DNA of 64,000 nucleotides from Eledone cirrhosa (lineage: Eukaryota), in assembly GCA_964016885.1 (NCBI GenBank), contig OZ024741.1:293136001-293200000 (forward strand), written 5' to 3'. The notes below the pieces were generated by a model, which did not search any database, was not told where the DNA came from, and was given only the letters and a program-made list of their open reading frames with translations. A program made the translations under genes and the position numbers. The stretch's first letter is position 1; each line of letters starts with the position of its first letter. Positions 38,583 through 52,421 of this stretch are shown in pieces.

Positions 38583-40960
38583 ATGATTTTCTAATGGTGA
38601 GTGGTGTGTAATGTATAGAGGATTCCTTAGCCTGGCAAAGAAACAGCAACCTCTCTGATTCTGTGTCCATGATAGATGTAATCAATACACACTGTCAAGA
38701 GGCTGATGATTGTATGGAGACAGTGTAAGGTGGAGAGAACTCTTTTGTCTTGTTAAGAACATGACAATCTCTTTGGTGCTGGTGCCATAATAAAATGTAC
38801 TAAGTACACTCTGTAACATTGTTGGTGTCAGGAAAGGCATCAAAGTATACAAACTATGCTAAAAATGGAATGAAGGTGCAAAGTGTGGTCCTTGAGGGGA
38901 GGATTTCTGAATAAGAAATGAGGCTGTAATGCTTGTACAATCCAGTTATACAATTGGACAATAACGTCCCTTCCTGGATTCCTCAACCCCTGGTAGATTT
39001 CTAGGAGTGCTATCATGCAATATAGTACTCATCCTCATTTTGGTCTGACAACAGATGTTTTTGTTGAAACTGAGACAGTACAGAGATAGAAAAAAAGAAA
39101 GAGAGACAGACTCAGAAAGTGAGAAAGAGAAACGAATCAACCCCAATACTGGACTGGTACTATATTCATTAACTCCAAAGAGAGGAAATCAAGGTTGACC
39201 TTAGGATTAGAACTCAGAACGAATACCATTCTATCTGCTGCTCTAGTAATTCTACCAAATTGACATATTTTAAACTATATATTACATTGAATTGCTGAGT
39301 GCATTTAAACCTATAATTTGTTTAAATAATTTTCAGTGTGTCTTATGGTCTTGTAAATATGGATAATGTTTTTATTCTCTGAAAAATACAGTCATTGTAG
39401 AGAATGTTTTACTAAATTCGGTCATTCATTGGCATGAAACATGAAATATTTATTGCCACTCGCCTCTGTAATAATAATGCATTCTTAGTTACATTTTCTA
39501 TCTGACAAACATTTTTATGGTTAGAAGGTGTGGGGCGATGGTGGAGTGCTTTTCAATGAGATATGTAGTGTCTGTATGTTAGGTACTGCTGCTGTTGTTT
39601 TTGTTGAAAGAGATTTTGTTATCAAGTCCTCTCATTAATCCACACCACCACCAAACAACACAGACATTGCAGAAGGCCTGTCTACTTTCACACGTTATCT
39701 TAGTCAATGCAGAGAGAAAGATGAAATACATACAAAAAGAATATACCATTCAAATACAAACATCATTTGCACATATTTACACATCAATGAGTAACAATTT
39801 TATATTTTTGTTCGATTTTACAATTGCATATTTGCAGTTACCTGTTTTCATCTATTTCCATCTACACTCAAGAATACTTAAATATTCAGTTCAGAAGATA
39901 CTCTGTCCAACAACAATTTTTTTTATTTTTTGCTTTTTTATACAACCAAATGTTCCTTGTGCATGCATACTTACTACAGTTTTAGTTTTCCACATAATAA
40001 AGTGCACCAAGCTTCTACCAGCATAGTTGATCTGCCAAAGTTCTCCATGCATCTATTTAACTTATTCCTGTATGGTCTATCTATGTAACTTATTCCTGAG
40101 GTCCTCCTGGAATGTCCGGTGTCTGATATTGTTGGGCAAGCTTTCACATAAAATTACAATGGTGGGAGGGGTTTCAAATAAAGACAAGCAATTTAAAATA
40201 TTCAGCTTTGTATCATAGAGCTAGGGAGGTTTCAGCAATTTAGTATTAAAAAGAGTTAAACTCACATCCAGAGATATTTTCCAATTGGTCACAGGTGTGT
40301 ATCTGATGTATACTTTATCATTGCATGTGGGTAAGCAGTTTAGCAAAAGGAAGGACACCTGACATAAAAATATTGCATCCTAATGGACCCCATGGCAAGT
40401 AAGAAGTCTGTGGTGTGACTTGTTACGATAATCCCTGCTATAGCAGGGAAAATGGACTTAAATGTTATTGTGATTGTGTGTATTTATCACAAGTACTCCC
40501 TTGAAAGTTAACCACAGTTACACAACTAACGACCACAAAAGTTTGATTTCTAGCATCAAAAGAATAATTTACAGTAACAGATATTTTATCATAAAACATT
40601 AAGACAACATCAATTCATGTCCAATTCTTATCAATAGTGTAGGAATATAAGTGAGAGGTGGTCACATGCCTACTTGAGAGGTTGATGACTGATTATATAC
40701 TGACTTGTTGTGAAAATCTTGCTAGCAGGGAATTTAGATGTTAAATGATGATGGTGGTATATGCATGTATATGTATGTAAACACACACACACACGCATAT
40801 GAGAAAGACGAACGGGAGGCTGGTACTACCAGACCTTAGCTATTCTCACCATCAATACACCTTTAAATCCTGACAACAGTGAACACCCACCATACTTACC
40901 ATCCACGCTCCTACAACTATCACCTCTTAGCTATTCTCACCATCCCTACTATTTGAACAT

Positions 40961-42421
40961 ATCATCATCATCATCATCATCATCATTTTACGTCCGCTTT
41001 TCCCTGCTTGCAAGGGTGGGATGGGTCCTATTCAGCACAGCATCTCTCCCCTTGTCACGGTCCTTCGTCATCTCCACCGTGAACTTCAGCAATCTGAGGT
41101 CTGTTCTCACCACCTCCGCCCATGTTTTTTTGTGGTCTACCTCTACCACGTCTTCCTTCAACTGGCATTTCCTGGCATTTCTTGACCCATCGGTCATCCT
41201 CCATGCACATCACATGTCCATACCACCTCAGTCTCCTCTCTCGCACACTACATTCTATCCCTCTCAGACACAGTTTCTCTCTCAACACATTCATGCTGGG
41301 TCATTCACACACATTGACATTGCACATCCAACGGAGCATGCTTGCCTCATTTCTCTCCAGCTGTCGCATATCCTCTGCGGGCTGCCCATGTCTCACTACC
41401 ATGCAGCATCGCGCTCCTCACACAGGCATCATATAACTGGCCTTTCGTACGCAGGGAGAAACCCTTCTTCGTCAGCAGAGGAAGCAGCTCCCTAAACTTC
41501 TTCCAACCTGTCCTTCTTTTAGATACTATGGCCTCGGAACCCCCGAATGCTAATCTGATCTCCTAGGAACCGGAAGCTATCCACCATTTCTATAGCACCT
41601 GCCTGCATTTGAAAAATGTGTCTATCAATGCGACTTCTACTGTCTAATTTCCCTGTACATCTACTGCATACGTATTTCTCCCTACCTGTTAGTTTGCCTG
41701 CTATCTCGCTACATCTCTTGTGTACCCAGGATATGCATTGTGTGCATTTTATAGAATTTATGCCAGTTCTGTTTCTGCATATCGAACATGGCCATTTCCC
41801 TGACGGAATCAGAGTTTTGCTCACTAAACTCCATTCCTACTCTGACTTTACTGACAGTACCTCTGTACAAAGTTTGCACTGTCCTCACAAGCCATTCCTC
41901 AACACCTAGTTTCCTTAGGGCCCACCAGATGACAGATCGGGATACCCTATTAAAGGCCTTCTCTAGGTCAACAGAGGCTAAGTATATTGGCTTATTTTTC
42001 TCTAAGAACCTCTCTTGTAATTGTCTCACCAAGAAGAGGGCATCTGTTGTACTCTTCCCAGGCACAAAACCAAACTGCATCTCATTTAGTTTTACCCTTT
42101 CTCTAATTAGTTGTGCTAATATCCTTTCTGCCACTTTCATAACCTGATCCATCAGTTTTATACCCCTATAATTGCTCCTCTCCAGAGCATCCCCTTTACC
42201 TTTGTAGCAATTTATGAGAATACTGCGGCACCAGTCTTTGGGTATGACACCACCATATATAGCCTGATTGATGATGCGTGCAACCAGTTTAGAGCCTACA
42301 TCCCCTGATGCCTTCAGCATCTCAGCAACTATCTCCGATGGTCCAGCAGCCTTACCATTTTTCATTTCCTTAATCCCCTCTTAGACTCAATATTCGGTAA
42401 TCTCAACAGCTGGTACCTCTC

Positions 42422-42424
<3 letters not shown>
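40961..42424 (-). mobile_element. RTE family B, truncated with an internal deletion
   Basis: NYRGIKL, QFGFVPG, DLEKAFNRV; motifs 4-5 deleted near 41820; PHD-like finger; RLRWYGHV; very short 3'UTR and (ATG)n tail. Confidence 0.9.
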
Positions 42425-42519
<95 letters not shown>

Positions 42520-42530
42520 CATATATATAT

Positions 42531-43180
42531 GCAGAGGTTATATTTAATTTGTTGGGATTCAACAAGCTTAAACATTTTAATAACTGATATAAAGCACTCA
42601 ACAAGTTACTGGAGTAAATACACAATATATTAATAAATGGAAACTATATTTATAAAACCATATTTATTTTACTATATATATTTCAAGGGCAACCAAGGCA
42701 AATTATGGTGTGCTTTCATCAGATAAAATACAGATTTGTTTTATAAATAAATATTGACATACCCGGAAAAAAGACAACCTAAACGGTTGGAGCTATCTAG
42801 GAACTATCCAGGAAGCTCCAACTGTTAAGGTTGTCTTTTTCCGGGTATGTCAATATTTATTTATGAAACAAATCTGTATTTTATTTGATGAGATGCTGAA
42901 GGCATCAGGGGATGTAGGCTCTAAACTGGTTGCACGCATCATCAATCAGGCTATATATGGTGGTGTCATACCCAAAGACTGGTGCCGCAGTATTCTCATA
43001 AATTGCTACAAAGGTAAAGGGGATGCTCTGGAGAGGAGCAATTATAGGGGTATAAAACTGATGGATCAGGTTATGAAAGTGGCAGAAAGGATATTAGCAC
43101 AACTAATTAGAGAAAGGGTAAAACTAAATATAGTAAAATAAATAGTGGTTTTATAAATATAGTTTCCATTTATTAATATA
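42531..43180 (-). mobile_element. HHR-bearing foldback element with a captured RTE segment in one arm
   Basis: Arms 42626-42675/43129-43180 and 42716-42800/42808-42891; 42889-43129 is an inverted copy of 42084-42324. Confidence 0.8.
42665..42730 (-). ncRNA. Type I hammerhead ribozyme, canonical core, long stem II
   Basis: tattttat-CTGATGA-aagcacacca...tggttgccctt-GAAA-tatata-TA-gtaaaata. Confidence 0.72.
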
Positions 43181-44091
43181 CTAGCAGTAAAGCCCGGCGT
43201 TGCTCGGGGTCGCTCAGTAGCTGTGTTAAAGTTACAATGTTAAGTTTCTTTCTTGGCTTAAAAACTGTAGTGTCTACTGTGCAGACTTGCATGTGGTGTT
43301 TTTGATTAATATTCCCTCAACCAACAATATGCCTTATGAAGTTAAGAAAACATAACGATAACCCGAATGTTATAACAAAAGAGGATGCTGGGGATAGAAA
43401 CTGCACTGGTTATTTATTAACAAAGATCGAAAATGTAAACACTGCAACGCAGAGAAAAACATTAGCGTAACCAAATTATCAGTTATGTCTGTCTGCACGC
43501 CTATATCACCTCTCTGCACGACTGTCTGTCTGCACGCCTATATCACCTCTCTGCGCGACTGTCTGTCTGCACGCCTATATCACCTCTCTGCACGACTGTC
43601 TGTCTGCACGACTGTCTGTCTGCACGCCTAACGACGAAATATTTGCTTGTTTTACGTAGTCTTTAAATAGACTTGTTTTCAAGTAAAAATATTGTTTTAA
43701 AATGCTTTTAAACGGAAATGAAGCAAAACGGAAGCTTAGTGTTCGAACTGATGAATTTTGCAGGTCAATATTTTGCTGGCTCGACAACTGTTCGTGTATT
43801 GTGTTAATGTCATTTTAAACGCTGAGAAAGCCAGCGTAATTTTTTACGTAAGACGCTCAATGTAAACAGAACAAAGGGAAATAACTGATAACTTACGCTC
43901 AAAAATCGATACATTATATTCGATTTTGTCACATAGGGTGGGTCAATTTGAAATATTTTTTTTTCGATGTCTTCGCTAGGGCTCAATGTACAAGTATAGC
44001 AATTTCGGTGCAATTCCGTGAGAGATTCTAAGAGGAGATGTGTGCCAAAAATCGATAGACAGACAGACAACCACAGTTTTATATATATAGA
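43181..44091 (-). mobile_element. Non-autonomous Helitron
   Basis: Minus strand A|TC...CTAG|T; (CTGT)n near the 5' end; GC hairpin cccgagcaacgccggg ~11 nt before CTAG; internal ~37-bp tandem repeat at 43487-43630. Confidence 0.85.
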
Positions 44092-44196
44092 TTGTATATA
44101 TATATATATATACATATATATACATATATATACATATATATATATGTATATATATACATATATATATGTGTGTATATATATATATATATGTGTATA

Positions 44197-44264
<68 letters not shown>

Positions 44265-44360
44265 AGTATATATATATATGTATATACATATATATGTTTA
44301 TATATATATATATATGTATATATATAAGTATATATATATATGTATATACATATATATGTT

Positions 44361-44391
<31 letters not shown>

Positions 44392-44399
44392 TTTTTTTT

Positions 44400-45390
44400 C
44401 TATTCTAAGGCGGGTAAAATTCCCGAGATCTCTCCAGCGGTCTCTGTCCCTCATTATCGCTGCCATGTCCTGCGTCTCCAACAGACCAGTGTCTGTCCTT
44501 AGGGCATCAACATACGTTAACCTTGGTCTTCCTCTTCTAGTGTGTCCATGTAGGGGCTCCCAAAGGAGCACTGCATGCAATGTCAACTCTGGATGGATGT
44601 CGGTGAGCATGTCCAGCTAACCTCAGTCTCCTCTGTGTCACTTTTGAGCTGACTTTTGGGATGCTCCCATACAGCTCTGAGTTTTTCATCCTCAGTGTAT
44701 ACTGATTAATGTTCAGAGCCATCCTCAGCATTCTCGTGTAGCACCCATCCACCATCTGAGTGAGTTTCTTGGTCAGTGTCCAAGTCTCAGACCCATACAG
44801 CAGCACATACTCCACTACACCAATGAAGAGGCGGACTTTCGGTCTCTACGAAGGCCCGACTTCCACACCGATCTCAAGCTGTGGCACGCCGCCCAGGCCT
44901 TGCTCTTCCTCTCAACCATATCATCTTCCGTATTGCCAATCTTTGCTCCCAAATACAGGAAGCCCTCAACCAATTCTAGCGGCTTCCAGCCTACATTAGT
45001 GATCCCCTCTGGCTTCTCAACATTCTCTACCAGATATTTTGTTTTAGTCTCATTCATTCTCGGCCCCACACTCATCGACAGTCTCAACCTCCCACATCAA
45101 ATCCTCTGCCTCCTTCACTGTATTTGTCACCAAAACTATGTCGTCGGCAAATTCAGCATCCGATACCTTTTTCGCCTTAACTCTCCTGCTCTGAGCCGGT
45201 GCTACAGTAAAGCCAGAGTCCTGGTGTTTCTCCAGTGCAAGGCGCATTCAATAGTCCACTACGATGATAAAAAGGTAGGGAGCCAATGTATCTCCCTGGA
45301 GCACTCCAGCCAGTATCTCAAAGAACTCTGTCATTCCATCAGGTGTAATGACTTGGGCTTTGGTGTTGGTGTAGAGCAGTGATATCAGGT
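44400..45390 (-). mobile_element. Divergent RTE-clade LINE fragment with frameshifts
   Basis: [52 protein letters not shown]. Confidence 0.85.
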
Positions 45391-45505
45391 ATATATATAT
45401 GTATATATATATGTATATATATATGTATATATATATATATATATATATGTATATGTATATATATATATATGTATATATATATATGTATATATATATGTAT
45501 ATATG

Positions 45506-45587
<82 letters not shown>

Positions 45588-45620
45588 TATATACATATAT
45601 ATATACATATATATATATAC

Positions 45621-45655
<35 letters not shown>

Positions 45656-45712
45656 CATATATATATACATATATATATACCTGATATCACTGCTCTACAC
45701 CAACAATATATG

Positions 45713-45747
<35 letters not shown>

Positions 45748-45922
45748 GTATATATATAGATAGATAAATATACATGCGTGTGTATGATTGTGTATAGAAG
45801 ATTATATTAATAAAAGGAATTCCAACTTTGTCTGGTTTACTAGTTTTATTTACAATCCTTTAAAATTTATAATGGTATTCGAATGAAATAGTATGGTAGA
45901 ATATTAAATGTTAAGTGTTAAT

Positions 45923-45960
45923 TGAAAAGTACTTTCATGCTTTCGCAATCTTCAGGTTCA
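45923..45960 (-). ncRNA. Minimal type I hammerhead ribozyme
   Basis: tgaac-CTGAAGA-t tgc gaaa gca t-GAAA-gtac-TT-ttca; palindromic stem III; in a ~220-bp island between (TA)n tracts. Confidence 0.68.
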
Positions 45961-45999
45961 TATTGTGTGGTGACAGTCAAGATTGCAATTTTTAACTAA

Positions 46000-46108
<109 letters not shown>

Positions 46109-46171
46109 TGTATATATATATATGTAAATATATATATATATATATAAGTATATATATATATATATATATAT

Positions 46172-46857
46172 CGATGTTGCATGGTAGTGAGACCTGGGCG
46201 CTGAAGGTGGAAGACTTACATAGATTAGAGAGAAACGAAGCCTGCATGCTCCGATGGATGTGTAACAGTAATATACGTGAACGACAAAGCATAAATGAAT
46301 TGAGAGAGAGACTGAGCATAAGAGGAATCAAATGCTGTGTGCAGGAGAGGCGGTTGCACTGGTATGGACATGTGATGCGTATGAAGGATGACAGCTGCAT
46401 AAAAAGGTGCAGAGCACTAGAAGTCGATGGAAACCGCGGAGTGGGGGAGACCCAAGATGACCTTACCCAATTACACCTCTCGAAGGCCATGACACATGAC
46501 CGTGACCTCTGGCGTCACGCAGTAATACAGAGTACCCGACCTCCCATGGGTACAAGCTGAAGCATATAGACAATATGCCCCACACCCCCCACCGCAAGGT
46601 GGTCGTGGAGGTACCACGGCAAAAAAGCACCCAGCCCACACTGTAAAGTGGACGTGTAGGCGCCATGAAAAAGCACCCAGCACTCACTGTATATGAGGTT
46701 GGTGTTAGGAAGGGCATCCAGCTGTAGAAATCAAGCCAAATCAGTTCCTGTATGAGCAAGGCATGGTCAGCCGACCAGACACTGTCCACAACAGGACAAC
46801 CCGTCTAACCCATGCTAGCGTGGAAGAACGGACGTAAAACGGTGATGATGATGATGA

Positions 46858-46861
<4 letters not shown>
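46172..46861 (+). mobile_element. RTE family A 3' fragment
   Basis: [15 protein letters not shown]... plus the full tail; homologous to 7341-8050. Confidence 0.92.
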
Positions 46862-46901
<40 letters not shown>

Positions 46902-46958
46902 GTATAATATATATATATACATATGTATACATATATATATGTATATATATATATATAA

Positions 46959-46989
<31 letters not shown>

Positions 46990-47133
46990 TGTATACATAT
47001 ATATATATATAGATATGTATATATATATATATATGTATACATATATATATATATATATGTATACATATATATATATATAGATATGTATACATATATATAT
47101 ATATATATCTATATATATATATATATATATATT

Positions 47134-47166
<33 letters not shown>

Positions 47167-47171
<5 letters not shown>

Positions 47172-47480
47172 CGCAACTCATAACAACAATACGGCACAAT
47201 TATTTCATCTCAATTGGCCCTGCTCTCTTCAACATCACACCAGGACACGTCAAAACAGAAACTGACCACACAAAATTAAAGAAGTCTTTGGACAAATTCC
47301 TCCAAGTAATCCCGGACAAACCTCCCACACCCGGATATGTCTCCGCAAACAGTAATTCTCTTCTCGAATGGGCCACGGTGCCCAAATCCTGAATTGAAAG
47401 ACTTCGCCAGGTGGTGCTATTAAGTTAGACATGGCCTGGGCCAATACTGGCCAAAACATTTCAAAGTTATTCAAAGTTAT
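47167..47480 (+). mobile_element. CR1-group LINE 3' end
   Basis: Translates GPALFNITP...[18 protein letters not shown]...SNSLLEW; short tandem tail (ttcaaagtta)2. Confidence 0.65.
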
Positions 47481-47682
47481 ATATATGTATATATATATGT
47501 ATATATATATATATATATGTATACATATATATATATATATATATGTATACATATATATAGATATGTATATATATATATATGTATACATATATATATATAG
47601 ATATGTATATATATATGTATACATATATATATATATATATATATGTATACATATATATATATATATACGTATACATATATAT

Positions 47683-48021
47683 CATCATCATCATCATTTT
47701 ATGTCCACTTTTTCCCTGCTTGCAAGGGCGGGACGGGAACTGATTCTGGCTTGATTTCTACAGCTGGATGCCCTTCCTAACACCAACCTCATTTACAGTG
47801 AGTGCTGGGTGCGATTTTGCCGTGGCACCTACACATCCACTTTTGCAGTGGAATGATAGGGAACCCAGTCCCTATCATCTCGTTTCTACAGCTGAGTAAA
47901 CTGGAGCAATGTGAAATAAAGTGTCTTGCTCAAGGAAACAACACATCACCCGGTCTGAGAATTGAACTCACAACCTTTCGATTGCAAGGCCAATGCTCTA
48001 ACCACTAAGCCATGTGCCTCC
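47683..48021 (-). mobile_element. tRNA-head SINE with RTE tail
   Basis: Near-identical to 13445-13779. Confidence 0.88.
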
Positions 48022-48929
48022 ATATATATATAGTAATAATAATAAATTTGAAGACTAAAATCCAATATATATATTAAATATATATATATATTAAATATAT
48101 ATATATATTAAATATATATATATATTAAATATATATATATATTAAATATATATATATATTAAATATATATATATATATATTAAATGCAGTCTCATGACTA
48201 AAACCAATGCAAGAATACATATATCAATAAATTTGTAGCAATACATTCATATATAAATATATATATACATACATTATATGATTATATATATATACATATA
48301 TTCTGAAGACATTGTGTAACAGTACCTTAACTAAAACTGATAAAATCAGGAAATTTTTTGTCAATACTGCCAAAATATCCGCATATCCAATTAGATTTAC
48401 TATTGAATTCCAGAAGTCATATTAATAAGATTCTGAGTAATGTCTCTCTCTCTCTAATGTAGCAAGTCTTTATAGATTCCATGTCTGCATCTCATTGTCT
48501 GAATATTTATAATGTCATAATTATTATCATATGTTGTAATTGTTTTTTTTTATCTACTCTTTATTGAGATGGGGAAAGGCAGGACTATTCACCTGTTTCA
48601 AGTTCCCCAAGGAAGTAGGAGGAAAGTGCTCTAAAACCAAGCATATGGCCTGAATCCCATTAAAGGTACACTAGGAGAACCAGGTGGGGGTGTTAAAAAG
48701 GGTGATTAACACTACCACACAATACAAAAAGAACCAGAAGACACACACAGACACATATATAATATAGAGAGTATATACATATACACACACACATGCCTGC
48801 CTGAGGCCCGATATGGGCAAACAACAGTTCACAAGGTGATTTTCAATCGAATATCCAAGCAGTTAGTATTCCAGTTAGTTAAAAAAAAGAAAAGTCTATA
48901 TTAGTAGCATGGCACAGTCCGTTCTTTAC

Positions 48930-49235
48930 ATCAGTTGATCCAGCTTGTTATTAAGTCATTTCTCCCTTTTTCTCTTGTTGTCATGCTTCCTTTGCTTTTC
49001 AATATCAATACATACATCATGGATTGGCTTCTGCCATATTGCTCTGTCATCATCATAATGGCTTCAGCAGTGAAGAATGTTACCTTTTCCCAAAATATCC
49101 TTGATCGTGTCCTCATACCTCAAGAGGGGGCATCCAACATGTCGAGCACCATCTCTAGCTCACCAAAAAGAAGTTTCTTTACAGGTCTACAATCATCCAT
49201 GCAGACAACATGGCCAACCTATCTTCTATAGTGAC
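48930..49235 (-). mobile_element. Decayed RTE 3' fragment of another family
   Basis: Minus strand translates GHVVCMDDCRPVKKLLFGELE..ARHVGCPLLRYEDTIKD. Confidence 0.6.
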
Positions 49236-49387
49236 TGGCTGTGCTGGGTTATATTTTATTGGTAGCACTCAAGAGTAACCTGACATATCTATATATATGC
49301 ATATATATATATGTATATATATATATGTTACATATTTCCGTAGAAAAGGTAAAGGAAAGAAGAGTGCTCTATGTATAGTACAGAGCT

Positions 49388-49616
49388 ATTTAATTATATA
49401 ATAAACAGCACAATATAATTATTCCATTACCCAAGGTTTCACGAAATTAAACGATTCTAACAGAAACGTCTAGTTCGTTCATTAGATGAAATATCTATGT
49501 TATTTAGAACATAGATATCTAATGAACAAACTAGACGTTTCTGTTAGAATCGTCTAATTTCGTGAAACCTTGGGTAATGGAATAATTATAATGTGCTGTT
49601 TATTATATAATTAAAT
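49388..49616. repeat. Foldback (~100-bp arms) made of two divergent hammerhead-like motifs
   Basis: Arms are reverse complements; the pivot lies immediately 5' of the HHR core. Confidence 0.88.
49420..49493 (-). ncRNA. Hammerhead-like motif with G5A core (probably inactive)
   Basis: tatttcat-CTAATGA-acgaa...ttcgt-GAAA-ccttgg-G-TA-atggaata; 8-bp stem I. Confidence 0.6.
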
Positions 49617-49792
49617 CAATATATATATATTTATTTGGGTTCGTTGGTTCACCACTGGATAGAACTGGTCATTCTGTGTGCTCAACCTCGATGTAATGTT
49701 ATGGAGAGCACTCAACGTAATACAACTCACCCGTCTTCGTTTGTGTAGTTGGTGGTGCTAGTACGGAGTTATTCCTTTGTTATGTTTTGAAT

Positions 49793-49848
49793 TACCTGAT
49801 GATGTCACCGGATTCATACTGAACCCAGTCATTGAAATGATCATAGTA
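49793..49848 (+). ncRNA. Type I hammerhead ribozyme, canonical core
   Basis: tac-CTGATGA-tg..ggattca tac tgaaccc..catt-GAAA-tgatca-TA-gta; palindromic stem III; ~50 nt before (TA)n. Confidence 0.68.
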
Positions 49849-49898
49849 TAATAAACCTTTTAAGAATTTTCACCAGTACAGCCTCCTGTTATTTTGTA

Positions 49899-49973
<75 letters not shown>

Positions 49974-49977
49974 CTAT

Positions 49978-50682
49978 GTATTCAGTAGTTGTACAGGGAA
50001 ATTTGACAGTAGAAGTCACAGTGATAGACCCATTTTTCAAATGCAAGTAGGTTCTATAGAAGTGCTTGATAGATTTTGGTACCTAGGTGACCAGATTAGC
50101 ATGGGAGAGGAGTGTTATGAGGCCATAGCATCTACAATATGGATGAGTTGGAAGAAGTCTAGGGAGCTGCTTCCTCTGCAGACAAAGAAGGGTTTCTCCC
50201 TGCGTATGAAAGGCCAGTTATATGATGCCTGTGTGATATGCGCGATGCTGCATGGTAGTGAGACATGGGCAGCAACTGCAGAGGATATGCGATGGCTGGA
50301 GAGAAATGAAGCAAGTATGCTCCGTTGGATGTGTAATGTCAATGTACGTGAACGCCCAAGCATGGATTAGTTGAGAGAGAAACTGTGTTAAAGAGGGATA
50401 AGTTGTAGTGGGCGGGAGAGAAGACTGCGATGGTATGGACATGTGAGGCACATGGAGGCTGATTGATAGGTAAAGAAGTGCCAAGAAATGCCAGTAGAAG
50501 GAAGATGCAGTAGTGGTAAACTACGAAAAACATGGGCGGAGTTGGTGAGAGTGGATCTCAGATCGCTGAAGCTCACGGAGGAGATGACGAAGGACCGTGA
50601 CAAGTGGAGAGATGTTGTGCTGAATAGGACCCATCCCACCCTTGCAAGCAGGGAAAAGCAGACATAAAATGATGATGATGAT
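49978..50682 (+). mobile_element. RTE family B 3' fragment, decayed
   Basis: [17 protein letters not shown]; tail matches 40961-41030. Confidence 0.9.
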
Positions 50683-50831
50683 ATATATATATATATATAC
50701 AGATATAATCAGTTGCAACCCAACAAAACTTAAGTATTTTTGTCACAGTTGTAACTAGTTATACATAAGTCATCCTACAGTCTACCTGTTCTTAACCCTT
50801 GGGTATTATACTAAGTTTGTATTACAATTTG

Positions 50832-50870
<39 letters not shown>

Positions 50871-51594
50871 TATAGTAGTGGATGGTCATTTTGTCAATAT
50901 TGCCAATAAAAAGACATACACTATTTGACTTTCACATCAGCTTTATTATCATTAGTTGTTGGTTATTTTGTCAAAGCTCTTTTTTCACACATTCTGTGAC
51001 CTCCTCAATGATTCTTTGTTATTCTTCTCTGTCTCCTCTTCTCTCTGGTATTATTCTGTTTTCTTCATCTTGTCTTTCTGTGAAACATACCACATCAAGA
51101 ATCTTGTAAAGCAAATCTATATATAAGTGCCTAAAGATTAGGTCACAATTTGGTTCTTCTTACATTCTGAAGATATGGTTAATATTGGTCCTTGAACATA
51201 TACAATTAATATATTTCTGCTCTCTTCCCGATTGAGACATGTTTTCCTCTTCCTTTTCCAAACTGACGGATATTACTACATACACACCCACCCACCCACA
51301 AACACACACACATTCACACACATTCAGTATTATATATTCAATACATGCATTGATTACAGTGTCAAGGGTTGCTATGTAGACGGCTTCACCTAATCAATAG
51401 TGATAGGAGAATATACCATTCAGAAGAATTTTGGTAATAACTGCTAAATGACTTTGTGACATTACTCTGGCTAGGAATTTCTAAGCCTCTTTTATATGAA
51501 TCTAATAATCGGCAGACATTTGCACTGGACATAAAACTATATAATGGTCATTCTTTCTAGAAATGCATCAGATTTTTTTGACATAGTTCCTCTT

Positions 51595-51672
51595 TTCTTC
51601 TTCTTCTTCTTCTTCTTCTTCTTCTTCTTCTTCTTCTTCTTCTTCTTCTTCTTCTTCTTCTTCTTCTTCTTC
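51595..51672. repeat. (TTC)n microsatellite
   Basis: Direct reading. Confidence 0.95.
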
Positions 51673-51717
51673 TCCATTCAAATTTATTGGATTACTTTCT
51701 TGTTGCAAATATATGAA

Positions 51718-51840
<123 letters not shown>

Positions 51841-52364
51841 TTAATAAAAATGAGCCTGGTAATGAAAGTAACAGAAAGCTTTCTAACAGTTAATTAGGGG
51901 AAAAAGGCAAATTAGATGAGATGCAGTTGAGTTTTGTACCAGAGAGAAGTACTACAGATGCTCTCTTCCTAGTGAGTCAACTCCAAGAGAAGTTCCTAGG
52001 CAAGAATATGCCCCGGTATTCAGCTTGAAAACGTGGGCATAAAATGATGATAATGGTGATGCTGATGATATATAAATAGAAAGATATAGATATTTGTACT
52101 ATATATTGTATTTAGCATATATATAACTACATTATATTAAACACCATTTTTACCTGCCATTTTCTATCTGTTTGCTGCTGGCATGTATGTATTCTGAGGG
52201 GGTCAAACATAATAGATAAAGAGACTTACATCTTTTTAGCACCTTCATTTAACCACCAGTGCTTTGAGAAAACAACACCATACTGTGCATAGCAAAAGAT
52301 CGAAATAACAGAGGTACACTTTGTTCCATCATTATGTTTTCCTTTTTTTCTGTTCAAGTTCTAG

Positions 52365-52421
52365 CTGTCTGATGAGGTCATAGCTGTCAAATAACGGTTA
52401 TCACCAAAATATATATAACAG
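52365..52421 (+). ncRNA. Hammerhead motif with G12A change (GAAA to AAAA)
   Basis: ctgt-CTGATGA-ggtcatagctgt caaata acggttatcacc-AAAA-tatata-TA-acag. Confidence 0.65.
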
